A DNA stretch of 64,000 nt from an uncultured Acidobacteriota bacterium (GCA_963839295.1 CAWIUK010000013.1:67603-131602); one strand, 5' to 3'. Shown: positions 9,465 through 21,724, counted from the first letter of the stretch. Made by a program: numbers and translations. The notes: a model not told the origin generated them from the sequence alone.

Positions 9465-10502
9465 GTGACTCGCGCCGCGCGCTCCGTCCTGAGGGCCGAG
9501 ATCGGCGAGCAGCCCCACGTCGTCGCGCGCGTTCTCTCGCGCGAGGCGCGGCGGACGGCCTCCCTCGCCGCGCGCCTCGCGCAGGCCGACGTCTCGTGGG
9601 TCCTCGTGGCGGCGCGCGGGACGTCGGACAACGCGGCGCGCTACGCGCAGTACGCGTTCGGGATCGTCCACCGGCTGCCGGTCGCGCTCGCGGCGCCCTC
9701 CCTCGTGACGCTCTACGGGCGGGAGCCGCGCGTGAGGGGCGCCCTCGTCGTCGGGATCTCGCAGTCCGGGAGGTCGCCGGACGTCGTCGAGACGGTGGCC
9801 GCCGCCCGGCGCGCCGGCGCGCCGACGCTCGCGATCGTGAACGACCCGTCGAGCCCGCTCGCGCGGGCGGCCGAGTGGGTGATCCCTCTCCACGCCGGCG
9901 TCGAGCGGAGCGTCGCGGCGACGAAGACGTACACGGCGCAGCTCGCGGCCGTCGCCCTCCTCGTGCTGTCCCTGGGCGGCCGCAGGAAGAAGGAGCTCGA
10001 GGCGCTCGCGGCGATCCCGGAGAAGATGGACGAGGCCCTCGGCGTCGAGCCCGCGGCCGAGGCGGCGGCCGGGTCCTTCGCGCGGGCGCAGCGCGCCGTC
10101 GTCCTCGCGCGCGGCCTGCACTATCCGACGGCGTGGGAGATCGCGCTCAAGCTCAAGGAGCTCGCGCTCCTCCTCGCCGAGCCCTACTCGGCGGCGGACT
10201 TCCAGCACGGCCCGATCGCGATGGCCGAGAAGGACCTGCCCGTCATCCTCGTCTCGCCGCCCGGGTCGCGCCCGGCGCGGGAAGTCGAGGCGCTCGGCCG
10301 GGAGCTCGAGCGCCGGGGGAGCCCCGTCCTCGCGATCGGCCCGAACCGGCGCGGCGCGCTCGGAACGCCGCGCGTGCCCGAGCTCCTCGCGCCGCTCGTC
10401 TCGATCCTGCCCGGCCAGCTCCTCGCCTTCCACGCGGCGCGCGCCCGCGGCCTCGACCCCGACCACCCGCGCGGGATCCGCAAGATCACCGAGACGCGCT
10501 GA
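9465..10502 (+). CDS. SIS-domain sugar-phosphate isomerase/deaminase (GlmS C-terminal-like)
   Basis: EIGEQP, ARGTS, ISQSGRS, SVAATKTY, EIALKLKE, HGP, LDPDHPRGIRKIT. Confidence 0.9.
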   Translation: MTRAARSVLRAEIGEQPHVVARVLSREARRTASLAARLAQADVSWVLVAARGTSDNAARYAQYAFGIVHRLPVALAAPSLVTLYGREPRVRGALVVGISQSGRSPDVVETVAAARRAGAPTLAIVNDPSSPLARAAEWVIPLHAGVERSVAATKTYTAQLAAVALLVLSLGGRRKKELEALAAIPEKMDEALGVEPAAEAAAGSFARAQRAVVLARGLHYPTAWEIALKLKELALLLAEPYSAADFQHGPIAMAEKDLPVILVSPPGSRPAREVEALGRELERRGSPVLAIGPNRRGALGTPRVPELLAPLVSILPGQLLAFHAARARGLDPDHPRGIRKITETR

Positions 10503-10520
10503 GGACCATAAGATCAGGCC

Positions 10521-11672
10521 ATGACGTTTTCGCTCCTCTCGCACCTCTCCTGCACGAAATGCGGCGCCACGTACGGCGTCGGGCCGCTCCTGAACGTCTG
10601 CACGAAACCGGGCTGCGCGGGCTCGCTCTTCGCGGAGTACGACCTGGCGCCGTTCGACCGGGGCGGCGCGCGCGCGAGCGGGATGTGGCGCTTCCACGAG
10701 GTGATGCCGGCGCGCTCCGACGCCGAGATCGTGACGCTCGGCGAGGGCGGGACGCCGCTCCTGAAGGCGGATCGCCTCGGCGCCGCGCACGGGATGCCGC
10801 GCCTCTTCATCAAGGAGGAGGCCGGCAACCCGACCGGATCGTTCAAGGCGCGCGGCCTCGGCGTGGCGGTCACGATGGCGAAGGCGCTCGGCGCGAGGAA
10901 GATCGCGCTCCCGACCGCGGGCAACGCGGGCGGCGCCGCGGCGGCCTACGCCGCGAAGGCGGGCCTCGAGTGCCACGTCTTCATGCCGAAGGACACGCCA
11001 AAGATCTTCCGGATCGAGTGCGAGGCCTACGGCGCGAAGGTCGGACTCGTGGACGGCCTCATCGACGACTGCGGGAAGATCGTGGCCCAGCGCAAGGACG
11101 CCGAGGGCTGGTTCGACGTGTCGACGCTCAAGGAGCCGTACCGCGTCGAGGGCAAGAAGACGATGGGCTACGAGATCGCCGAGCAGCTCGGCTGGACGCT
11201 GCCCGACGTCGTCGTCTACCCGACGGGCGGGGGGACGGGCCTGATCGGGATGTGGAAGGCCTTCGACGAGATGGAGAAACTCGGGTGGATCGGCCCCGCG
11301 CGGCCGCGCATGGTCTCCGTGCAGGCCGAGGGCTGCGCGCCGATCCCGAGGGCGGTCGCCGGGGGCAAGGACGTCTCCGTCCGCTTCGAGAACGCCCACA
11401 CGTACGCGAGCGGCCTGCGCGTCCCGAAGGCCTACGCGGACTATCTGATCCTGAAGATCCTGCGCGCCTCGAAGGGCGAGGCCGTGACCGTGACGGACGA
11501 CGAGATGCGCCGCGGCGTCCTCGAGCTCGCCTCGCACGAGGGCCTCTTCGCCGCGCCCGAGGGCGGCGCCGCCTGGGAGGCGGTCAAGAAGCTCGTGGCG
11601 CAGGGGAAGGTCGGGAACGACGAGCGCATCGTCGTCTTCGACACGGGGACCGGCTACAAGTACGTCGAGTAG
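10521..11672 (+). CDS. thrC: Threonine synthase (fold-type II PLP enzyme)
   Basis: TLGEGGTPL, NPTGSFKARG (PLP lysine), TAGNAG, EGKKT, PTGGG, TG.GYK. Confidence 0.88.
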   Translation: MTFSLLSHLSCTKCGATYGVGPLLNVCTKPGCAGSLFAEYDLAPFDRGGARASGMWRFHEVMPARSDAEIVTLGEGGTPLLKADRLGAAHGMPRLFIKEEAGNPTGSFKARGLGVAVTMAKALGARKIALPTAGNAGGAAAAYAAKAGLECHVFMPKDTPKIFRIECEAYGAKVGLVDGLIDDCGKIVAQRKDAEGWFDVSTLKEPYRVEGKKTMGYEIAEQLGWTLPDVVVYPTGGGTGLIGMWKAFDEMEKLGWIGPARPRMVSVQAEGCAPIPRAVAGGKDVSVRFENAHTYASGLRVPKAYADYLILKILRASKGEAVTVTDDEMRRGVLELASHEGLFAAPEGGAAWEAVKKLVAQGKVGNDERIVVFDTGTGYKYVE

Positions 11673-11682
11673 GGGCCGTTCT

Positions 11683-14376
11683 TCACCGCGCGGGGCCCGT
11701 CCCGCGCTCCGGGGACTCGAGGAGCCAGATCCGGCCCGCGGAGGTCTCGCTGTCCGTGATCGCGAGGGACCGGCCGTCTCTCGAGACGTCGAACGGCGAA
11801 TTGCGTCCCACGACGGGAAGGGCCCTGGCGGAAACCGGATCCCGCGCGCCGAGCGGCGCGATCCTCAACCGCTGCAGGTCGTCGAATCCCAGCACGGAAT
11901 AGAGCACGCCCGCCGCGTTCGGCCACCAGACAGGCCAGCCTCCGGTGTCGGTGATCCGGTGCTCGTCCCCGCCCGCGGGCGTCACGAGCGAGACGCCGGA
12001 CGTGCCGGTCCGGTCCGCGGCGAACGCGATCCACCGGCCGTCCGGGGACCACCGGGGCAGCGTCGAGGGGCCCTTCGTGATCCTCCGGACCTCGGCGCTT
12101 CCGATCTTCTGCACGACGACGTGTGTTTCGCCGTCGACGGTGCTGGCGAACGCGAGCCGCGTCCCGTCGGGCGACGGGTCGGCGAACTCGGCCTCTCCGG
12201 ACGACTCGGGAGTGAGGGCCTCGGCCGGCCCGCCGCGGCGCGGGACGCGCCAGATCCGGTCCGCCCCCGTGCTCCACGTGAAGTAGGCGAGCCACTCGCC
12301 GTCGGCGGAGAAGCGCGGATAGACCTCGGGCAGCGGCGACGACGTCAGGCGCCGCGGCTCCCCGCCGCGCAGCGGCGAGATCCAGACGTGCCAGGACCCG
12401 TCCTCCTCGGCCCTGCTGTACGCGACGTCGAGACCGTCCGGCGAGAAGGCGGGGGCCCAGATCGAGCTCGAATGCGAGACGACCTGCCGCCGCGCGCCGG
12501 ACGCGAGGTCGTACACCCACAGGGCGCTGCGCTCGGGCGCGTTCAGGAAGGCGACCGCTCCGCCCGTCGAGACGCTGGGGCACAGATCGGGACCCGCTCC
12601 GCTCGTGAGGCGGACCGGTGCGCGGCCGTCGGACGGCAGGAACCAGAGGTTGGTGGCACCGCCGCGGTTCGAGACGTGCACGATTCCCGAGCCGTCCGGC
12701 GCAAAGACGGGAGCCTTGCTGAAGACGCCCGGCGGGTCCGTCCACAGGCGGCGCAGGTTGCCGTTCGACACCTGCAGGGTCCACAGCTCGCTCGCGGCGC
12801 CCCCGATGCTGCGTCCCACCGCGAGGAAGGCGCCGTCCGGCGACCACGCGAGGCGCCCGAAGAACGGGTATTTCGCGTCCCCGTTCAGGAGGACCCGTGC
12901 GTTCGAGCCGTCGGCCTTCGCGACGACGAGCTTCTGGGGCTCCGGCGGGTGCCAGGTCACGCAGGCCAGCGCGGCGCCGTCCGGAGACCAGGCGCCGCGG
13001 ATCGCGCCGGACAGGATGGGCGTCACGTTGCCTCCGAACGCGGGCACGGCGCGGATCTCCGGCGCCGCGCCGCTCGGGGGAAACCACGTGAAGAGGATCG
13101 ACTCGCCGTCGGGCGAGAACTGCGGTTCCGCCTCGCGAGCCTCGTCGTTCGTGAGGCGGATCCCCGCGCCGCCCGCGGCCCGGCTCACGAAGAGGTCGGC
13201 GCGGCCCTCCTGCTCGAGGACGTAAGCGACCATCTTCCCGTCGCCGGACAGCGCGAGGGAGTGGATCCGGGTTCCGCTCGAGAGGACCTCCCGCAGACGG
13301 CCGCCTCCGACGGGCAGCGGGCGGGTCCGCTCCTGGCGCGCCGCCGTCCAGGCCAGGGCCGCGGCCGCGACCGCGAGGCCGGCGACCGCGAGCGTCGCCA
13401 TGAGGCGGGTCCGGGACCGCTCGGCCGGCGGCCGCGGGATCGCCTCGGGACCAGGCGGCGGGAGCGCGAAGGCGGGGCGCTCCTTGCTGGGCGTCAGCCT
13501 CGCGCCGTCGGCCGGCGAGAGATGCGCGCGGCAGTCGAGGAGCTGCTTCGCGAGGTCCTCGGTGGACTCGTACCGGTCGCGAGGCTCCTTCGCGAGGCAA
13601 CGCTCGACGATCCAGCTCAGCGGCTCGGGCGTCCCGGGGACGGTGGTCGCGAGCGGTTCGGGCGCGTCGCGGATGATCGAGGCGATCGTCTCGGCGGGCG
13701 ACGCGCCCTTGAACGGCCGCCGCCGCGCGAGCATCTCGTAGAGGAGCACGCCGAACGAGAACTGGTCCGAGCGATAGTCGAGAGCCTGGCCCTTCGCCTG
13801 TTCGGGCGACATGTACGAGACCGTCCCCATGGGCGCCCCGTCCGTCGTGAGCTTCTCGAGGGTCGGCGATTCGCCTTCCGCCTTTGCGGCCGGGAGCGGC
13901 GCGCGGTACGCGAGCCCGAAGTCGAGGAGCTTCACGTGGCCGGTCTTCGTGATGAAGACGTTCTCCGGCTTCAGGTCGCGGTGGACGATCCCCTTCAGAT
14001 GCGCCGCCGCGAGCGCCTCGGCGACCTGGGCCGCGATGTCGAGCGTACGGCGCAGGCCGATCGGGCCGGCCGCGAGCGTCCCCCTCAGGTTCTCGCCGTC
14101 GAGGAGTTCCGTCACGAGGAACGTGACGTCCTTGATGCGGCCAAAATCGTGGATGGCGACGATGTTCGGGTGCGCAAGGGCCCCGATGGCCTTGGCCTCC
14201 TGCTCGAACCTCGCCCGGCTGTGCGGGTCAGCCGCCACGCTGCCCGCCAGGACCTTCACGGCGACGAGACGGTCCAGCTTGGTGTCCCGGGCCCGGAACA
14301 CTTCCCCCATCCCTCCCCCGCCCAGTCGGGCGAGGATCTCGTAGGGGCCGAGGCGGAAGCCCGGGGAGAGCGCCAT
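11683..14376 (-). CDS. Hanks-type Ser/Thr kinase with TM helix and PD40/TolB-like beta-propeller
   Basis: GGGGMGEV, VAVK, HRDLKPEN, DFG, YMSPEQ; hydrophobic segment; many (W/F)SPDG repeats. Confidence 0.95.
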   Translation of the reverse strand: MALSPGFRLGPYEILARLGGGGMGEVFRARDTKLDRLVAVKVLAGSVAADPHSRARFEQEAKAIGALAHPNIVAIHDFGRIKDVTFLVTELLDGENLRGTLAAGPIGLRRTLDIAAQVAEALAAAHLKGIVHRDLKPENVFITKTGHVKLLDFGLAYRAPLPAAKAEGESPTLEKLTTDGAPMGTVSYMSPEQAKGQALDYRSDQFSFGVLLYEMLARRRPFKGASPAETIASIIRDAPEPLATTVPGTPEPLSWIVERCLAKEPRDRYESTEDLAKQLLDCRAHLSPADGARLTPSKERPAFALPPPGPEAIPRPPAERSRTRLMATLAVAGLAVAAAALAWTAARQERTRPLPVGGGRLREVLSSGTRIHSLALSGDGKMVAYVLEQEGRADLFVSRAAGGAGIRLTNDEAREAEPQFSPDGESILFTWFPPSGAAPEIRAVPAFGGNVTPILSGAIRGAWSPDGAALACVTWHPPEPQKLVVAKADGSNARVLLNGDAKYPFFGRLAWSPDGAFLAVGRSIGGAASELWTLQVSNGNLRRLWTDPPGVFSKAPVFAPDGSGIVHVSNRGGATNLWFLPSDGRAPVRLTSGAGPDLCPSVSTGGAVAFLNAPERSALWVYDLASGARRQVVSHSSSIWAPAFSPDGLDVAYSRAEEDGSWHVWISPLRGGEPRRLTSSPLPEVYPRFSADGEWLAYFTWSTGADRIWRVPRRGGPAEALTPESSGEAEFADPSPDGTRLAFASTVDGETHVVVQKIGSAEVRRITKGPSTLPRWSPDGRWIAFAADRTGTSGVSLVTPAGGDEHRITDTGGWPVWWPNAAGVLYSVLGFDDLQRLRIAPLGARDPVSARALPVVGRNSPFDVSRDGRSLAITDSETSAGRIWLLESPERGTGPAR

Positions 14377-14454
14377 ACGGGCATCTCCGAGCCAAATCTA
14401 GGTCCCGAGCCGGAGCGCCGGCCAGGTTTCTTCCGCGGCCGGCCCCGGGCGGGC

Positions 14455-14904
14455 TTACCGCAGGCCGAGCTTCGACTTGGCGGACGACAGGCGCGCGTCG
14501 ATCTGCTCCTGGCGCGTCGCGCCCTGGAACCCGCCCGAGCCCTTCGCGGCGCCCGCGGCCTCCGAGAGCGACGTGCGGATGAGCGAGATCGCCTCCCGCG
14601 CGTCGGCGAGCGCGGCGCCCTCGGCGTCGGTCGCGCTGGCCGAGCAGGCGGACTCGGCGCGGGCGATCGCCTGCGTCGCACGGTTCTCGGCGTCGCCCCA
14701 GGTGTTCGCGTCCACCGGCACGTTCACGAGGAGGCGCGCGGCGTCCGCGAGGAGCCGGTTCGCGTTCTCGGCCTCGACGATGCAGCCGGGTCCGGTCGAC
14801 ACGAGGGGGGCCGCTTCGGACGTCGTCACGGGCTCGGCGGGCTTCTGCCGGAAGTACCAGAGCGCGAAGGCGACGGCGGCCGCGACGATGAGGAGCTTCT
14901 TCAT
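14455..14904 (-). CDS. Hypothetical membrane-anchored helical protein
   Basis: MKKLLIVAAAVAFALWYF anchor, Ala-rich helical body with two Cys, host-like codon usage. Confidence 0.7.
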   Translation of the reverse strand: MKKLLIVAAAVAFALWYFRQKPAEPVTTSEAAPLVSTGPGCIVEAENANRLLADAARLLVNVPVDANTWGDAENRATQAIARAESACSASATDAEGAALADAREAISLIRTSLSEAAGAAKGSGGFQGATRQEQIDARLSSAKSKLGLR

Positions 14905-14961
14905 GATGTGAGCCTCGGACTCCGTCTCCAGACTAGCACGCGGCCTGCGAGAATCCGGGGC

Positions 14962-15648
14962 ATGTCGCTCGGCCTCCACCCGCGCGTCCGCGCCCTGACG
15001 ACGCCCGAGCGCCTCGCGGTCCTCGGCGCCGCGCTCGCGGTCTTCCTGTTCGCGGCGGGGCCCGTCTGGCGGCACCGCTGGGAGCCGGACGCCGCGATTC
15101 TCTGGAGCTACGCCGTGATCCCGCCGGGCGTCTTCGCCGCGTTCCTGCGGCGCGGGACGCCGCGGCTCGTGCCCGTCCTCGTCGAGTCGCTCCTCCTCGC
15201 GATCGTGAAGTTCGGGATCACGGCCTTCGTCCTCGTGACGCTCTGGTCGTTCGGGACGCCGCCGCCCGCGGCGCGTCCCGGCCGGCTTCTCGAAGACCTG
15301 TTGCGTTCGAAGAGCGCCAGGGATTCTTCGAGTGGTTCGGAAGATGCGGGCGCCGGCGGCGCGCGGCGAGCGGCGGCGGCCCTGGCCATCTCGGTGGGAG
15401 ACGGGGGATTTTCCTCGAAGGTGATTTCCCTCGCGCCGGGAGGCGACGTCGCGTTTCGTGCGACGGACGGGCGTCTCCACACGCTGGAGCTGCTTTCGGC
15501 GGACGGTTCGATCGGCGCGAACGTCCCCCTGCTCGCGTCCGGGGCGCCCCGCCTCATGTCATTCGAGGAAATCTCCCGGTTCTCCTCTCTCCGGTGCGCC
15601 GTCCACCCGGAGGAGAGAGCCGATCTCAGCGTCGCGCCCCGGCGATAG
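14962..15648 (+). CDS. Membrane protein with C-terminal cupredoxin-like domain
   Basis: About 3 TM segments, then a beta-rich domain with LHTL and CAVHP motifs. Confidence 0.6.
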   Translation: MSLGLHPRVRALTTPERLAVLGAALAVFLFAAGPVWRHRWEPDAAILWSYAVIPPGVFAAFLRRGTPRLVPVLVESLLLAIVKFGITAFVLVTLWSFGTPPPAARPGRLLEDLLRSKSARDSSSGSEDAGAGGARRAAAALAISVGDGGFSSKVISLAPGGDVAFRATDGRLHTLELLSADGSIGANVPLLASGAPRLMSFEEISRFSSLRCAVHPEERADLSVAPRR

Positions 15649-15657
15649 ACTCGCCGC

Positions 15658-17265
15658 ATGGCGCGGGAGTTCGACACCGACTTCGCGGTCGTGGGATCTG
15701 GGTTCGGCGGGAGCGTCTCGGCGCTGCGGCTCGCGGAGAAGGGCTGGCGCGTCGTCGTCCTCGAGAAGGGCAAGCGTTTCTCGCCGGAGGACTTTCCAGA
15801 GACGAACTGGCAGCTCCCGAAGTGGCTGTGGCTTCCCGGCGTCGGGTTCCGGGGCCTCTTCAAGATGACGTTTCTCAGACACGTCACGGCGCTCTCGGGC
15901 GTCGGCGTCGGCGGGGGCTCCCTCGTCTACGCGAACACGCTGCCCGTCCCGGGAGACTCGTTCTTCTCGTCGCCGACGTGGGCCGGCCTCGCGGACTGGA
16001 AGAAGGAGCTCGCGACGCACTACGCGACCGCGAAGAGGATGCTCGGCACGACGCGCGTCCCGTTCACGTCGCCGCCGGACGAGGTCCTGCGCGACGTCGG
16101 GCGCGACCTCGGCCTCGTGGACAAGTGGCAGTCCACCGAGGTCGCCGTCTTCTTCGGCGAGCCGGGCGTCACGGTGCCGGATCCGTACTTCGGCGGCGAG
16201 GGCCCGGAGCGCGCGGGTTGCAAGTCCTGCGGCGCCTGCATGATCGGCTGCCGCCACAACGCGAAGAACACGCTGGACAAGAACTACCTCTTCTTCGCCG
16301 AGAAGAAGGGCGTCCGGATCGAGTCCGACGCCGAGGTCACGTGGGTGAAGCCGCTCGAAGGCGGCGGCTACACGCTGACGGTCCGCCGCGGCCGCGAGCC
16401 GTTCCCGTTCCTGAGAAAGAAGACGACGATGACCGCGCGGAACGTCGTCTTCGCGGGCGGGGTCCTCGGGACCGTCGAGCTCCTCCTGAAGCTCAAGGAG
16501 AGCCCGGACGGACTGCCGAGGCTCTCGGACCGTCTCGGCGACTTCGTGAGGACGAACTCCGAGGTCCTCATGGGCGTCGTGAGCGACAAGAACGAGGACC
16601 TCTCGAAAGGGATCGCGATCGGCTCGATCCTCGAGACGGACGAGCACTCGCACCTCGAGCCCGTCCGCTACCCGGCGGGCTCCGGGTTCTTTCGTCTCCT
16701 CGCGATGCCGCACGCGCCGGGCGATACGGTCGTCGAGCGCCTCGCGAACGCGCTCGGCCTCCTCGTCCGCCAGCCCGGCAAGACGCTGAAGGCGTGGCTC
16801 ACGCCCGATTGGGCGAAGCACACGATGATCCTCCTCTACATGCGGACCGTGGACGGCACGATCCGGATGACGCTTCGCCGGGGCCTGCGCAACGGCCTCC
16901 GCCACGCGCTCGCGACGTCGCCCGGGACGGGCGCGCCGGCGAAGGCGTGGGTCCCCGAGGCGACGGAGCTCGCGCGGCGTGTCGAGGAGAAGCTCGGCGG
17001 GTTCACGCAGAGCCTCCTGACGGAGACGCTGCTCGGGATCCCGACGACCGCGCACATCCTCGGCGGGTGCTGCATGGGCGCGTCGGCGGCGGACGGCGTC
17101 ATCGACGCCAGGAACCGGGTCTTCGGCTACGAGGGCCTCTGGGTCGTCGACGGCTCGGCGATCTCCGCGAACCCCGGCGTGAACCCCTCACTGACGATCA
17201 CGGCGCTCGCCGAGCGCGCGCTGTCGTTCGTGCCGGAGAAAGACGCGGCCTCGCGGGCGGCCTGA
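15658..17265 (+). CDS. GMC-family oxidoreductase (cholesterol oxidase-like)
   Basis: VVGSGFGGSVSALRL, GVGGGSLVYAN, CKSCGACMIGC, KNTLDKNYL, TAHILGG, GVNPSLTI. Confidence 0.9.
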   Translation: MAREFDTDFAVVGSGFGGSVSALRLAEKGWRVVVLEKGKRFSPEDFPETNWQLPKWLWLPGVGFRGLFKMTFLRHVTALSGVGVGGGSLVYANTLPVPGDSFFSSPTWAGLADWKKELATHYATAKRMLGTTRVPFTSPPDEVLRDVGRDLGLVDKWQSTEVAVFFGEPGVTVPDPYFGGEGPERAGCKSCGACMIGCRHNAKNTLDKNYLFFAEKKGVRIESDAEVTWVKPLEGGGYTLTVRRGREPFPFLRKKTTMTARNVVFAGGVLGTVELLLKLKESPDGLPRLSDRLGDFVRTNSEVLMGVVSDKNEDLSKGIAIGSILETDEHSHLEPVRYPAGSGFFRLLAMPHAPGDTVVERLANALGLLVRQPGKTLKAWLTPDWAKHTMILLYMRTVDGTIRMTLRRGLRNGLRHALATSPGTGAPAKAWVPEATELARRVEEKLGGFTQSLLTETLLGIPTTAHILGGCCMGASAADGVIDARNRVFGYEGLWVVDGSAISANPGVNPSLTITALAERALSFVPEKDAASRAA

Positions 17266-17723
17266 CGTTTTCGCGTTGGCGCGCACGGACCACAGGCGCC
17301 GCCATCGTTTGCGCGCACGGCAGGTGATAAGGCTCTTACCCTGCTGCGGTTAGGACGAGCCGGTTCGCCCGCCGTCTGCCGGTCTCCAGCTGCCGATAGT
17401 TCCCGGACCACCGCGCTCCTAGCCATCCACCCGGGGATCAGAGGGGAAAAGGCTCGCTTCTCGAACCTAGACTGACGTGGCGACCTGCCTTTGCGCGCGT
17501 ACACGCACCTTTTGCAGACTGCGATAGCATCTCACTCGCTTCGGTAGTCCGGAGGCCAGATGGAAGAGTCCAGCACCCCGGCGGCGCCCACCTGTCTTCA
17601 CGATGCGGTTGCGGGAGCTCTTCGGTGCACTCCGCTGTTCCGGTCGTGGAGAGAGCACGAGCACAGCCTTCCGCCACGCGTGAAGCATGGTTCGATGAAA
17701 TTCGAGAATTAGAAGGGGGACGT

Positions 17724-18440
17724 ATGCGACGAGCGACATCTGCGATCGGGCTCGTGCTCATGTTTCTTGCCGTCTCGGGGTCGACGCTCGCTCAGACCTC
17801 CACCGACACCAAGGGGGCGAAGGGGCCGGCCGTTCAGACGGCGAAATCGCTGGCCGCGATGACACCGGCCGCGGCGCTGGACAAGCTGAAGATGGGGAAC
17901 GCTCGGTTCGTCGAGAAGAACATGCGGACTCGAGACTGGCAGGCCAAGGTCTCCGCGACTGCGAGCGGCCAGTATCCATTCGCCGCAGTCCTTTCTTGCA
18001 TGGACTCTCGAGCTCCGCTCGAAATCATCTTCGATCAGGGAATCGGTGACATCTTCGGGATCCGTGTCGCGGGCAACATCGTCAACGAGGACGAGCTCGG
18101 CAGCATGGAGTACGCGACGAAGGCCGTCGGGACGAAACTCCTCGTTGTCCTCGGGCATACGTCGTGCGGGGCTGTAAAAGGCTCGATCGACGATGTGAAG
18201 CTCGGCAACCTCACCGGGCTTCTCGCGAAGATCCAGCCCGCCGTGGTGGCATCCGGCCCCGGCAACTCGAAGGACGACAAGTATGTTACGAAGGTTGCCC
18301 AGGCCAACGTTCGTCAGGCGATGAAGGAGATTCGCGAGAAGAGCCCGACGCTGAAGGAGCAGCTCGACGCCGGCTCGATCGGTCTCGTCGGCGCAATCTA
18401 CGATGTCTCCACGGGCAAAGTGACATTCCTTTCAGATTGA
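17724..18440 (+). CDS. Exported beta-class carbonic anhydrase
   Basis: Signal peptide; Zn ligands CMDSR and HTSCGA; IFDQGIGD; RVAGN; AGGGGG RBS-like element upstream. Lower GC than the flanks. Confidence 0.92.
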   Translation: MRRATSAIGLVLMFLAVSGSTLAQTSTDTKGAKGPAVQTAKSLAAMTPAAALDKLKMGNARFVEKNMRTRDWQAKVSATASGQYPFAAVLSCMDSRAPLEIIFDQGIGDIFGIRVAGNIVNEDELGSMEYATKAVGTKLLVVLGHTSCGAVKGSIDDVKLGNLTGLLAKIQPAVVASGPGNSKDDKYVTKVAQANVRQAMKEIREKSPTLKEQLDAGSIGLVGAIYDVSTGKVTFLSD

Positions 18441-18505
18441 GGGACTTCGCCCTGTCTGTAGGGGCCGGACCACCGCGCTCTGAGCCAACCACCCGGGGAG
18501 CCGGG

Positions 18506-18528
18506 TCGAACTCGAACTCGAACTCGAC
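18506..18528. repeat. Short tandem repeat (TCGAAC)x3 + TCGAC
   Basis: tcgaactcgaactcgaactcgac in the gap between the convergent carbonic anhydrase and symporter genes. Confidence 0.8.
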
Positions 18529-18537
18529 CTTAAGGCG

Positions 18538-20321
<1,784 letters not shown>

Positions 20322-20325
<4 letters not shown>

Positions 20326-21667
20326 GGCTTGGGCGCCTTCGGCTTCGCGACGGCCGGCACGGCGATGCTGCGCTTCCCGTTCTTCCCGACGCTCCGCACC
20401 GCGAAGTAGTGGTTGTCCGTCGAAGATCCGAAGAAAGAACCAGAGAAAGATTTTCTTCGAGTGGCAAAGAGGCGGGCGAGGGCGCGGCGCTCGAGGCGGG
20501 CTGGGGCGTGGGTGCCGGCGCGCTCGCCGCCGGAGCCTCGATCGTCTTCACGACGGACCAGCGGGCCTCCGTGGTCTCCCTCCAGAGGATCTCGTATCCC
20601 GCGCGCTCCGGGTCCTTATTACTTTCTAAGAAGATCTCCGAATTCGGCGTCACGGCGCCCCCCAGCATCACCTTGAGGGGCGGGGCCGGCGCGTTCGCCA
20701 TCTCCGCGAGCGTCTTCGCGACGACGTCGGCCGTCCGCGCGACCTGGTCGAAGTCCATGAACTTCGCGAGGTCGCCGTACTCGACGCCGTTCTCGGTGCG
20801 CGGGGTCTGGTGCTCGTGCCGGTAGTCCTCGAGCGGCTCCGTGAAGCGAACGGCGGGGAAGCCCGCCTCGGCGAACGGCCGGTGGTCGCCGCTGCGGCCG
20901 AACCGGTCGAGACGGAAGACGAGGCGCACGGCGTCCTTGCCGGCGACGTCCTCGGCGAGCCGCGCCATCTGCCGGCCCGGCGAGTCGATCCCGTCCGGCC
21001 CGCCTTCCGAGAAGACGCGGACCCGGCGATCCGGGCTCCCGTTCGTCGCGCCGACGATGTCGCACGTGATCATCCCGCCCACGGCGTAGCCGTGGATTCG
21101 GAGCCACTCGAGCATCCGCTTCGACCCGAGAAGGCCCTGCTCCTCGCCGGCGACGGCCGCGAAGATCAGCGTCGCGCGCGCGGGCGCTGCGGCGAGGGCG
21201 CGCGCCGCGAGGATCGACGCCGCGGTGCCGGAGGCGTCGTCGTCGGCGCCCGGCGCGTCCGTCTCGGCGTCCATCACGTTCGAGGGCACCGAATCGAAAT
21301 GGCCGGAGACGATGTAGGCGGTCTTCGAACGCGCGGCGTCGGTCCCGCCGAGGATCGCGTAAACGTTCTCCATGTGGACCGGGACGTCCTTCGTCCGCGG
21401 CCCCTTCGTCTCGTACGAGTCGACGACGACGCGGAGCTTCCCGCCCGTCTCCTTCTCGACCGCGTCGAAATGCCGGAGGACGGCGTCACGCCCGCAGCCG
21501 GCGCCGCGCTTCGGGTCGGACCAGGACGAAAGGGAGTGGCGCGTCCCGCAAAGGGCGAGCTCCTCGACGATCGCCTTCGCCTCGGCGGCGGACGGGGCCG
21601 CGGAGGCGCGCGGGAACGCGCCGAGGCCGAGGGCGAACAGGGCGGCCGACGCCGGGGAAAGGCGCAT
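20322..21667 (-). CDS. M28-family metallopeptidase (one frameshift at ~20430-20460)
   Basis: Signal peptide; SGHFDS, GADDDASG, GEEQG, GDH.PF, EHQ. The C-terminus DNHYFAVRSVGKNG lies in another frame and ends with a TGA overlapping the symporter ATG. Confidence 0.85.
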
Positions 21668-21724
21668 GGCGGGTTCTCCTTCCGCGGGAAGGCGGGAATC
21701 GTACACGCCCGGGCGCGGGGGACC

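Noticed and set aside
7005-11902. Very long ORFs (1510 aa on -, 1242 aa on +) and similar >1000-aa ORFs at 11959, 22207, 34631 and 51924
   Set aside because: Arg/Pro/Gly/Ala-rich shadow frames caused by stop-codon scarcity at high GC. The real genes occupy only parts of them or the opposite strand.
14400-14454. GC-rich imperfect inverted repeat as a possible terminator
   Set aside because: Weak stem for this GC content and no adjacent U-tract.
17266-17723. Possible IS remnant, small ORFs or ncRNA upstream of the carbonic anhydrase
   Set aside because: No transposase motif, terminal inverted repeats or RNA family recognisable by eye, so it is left unannotated.
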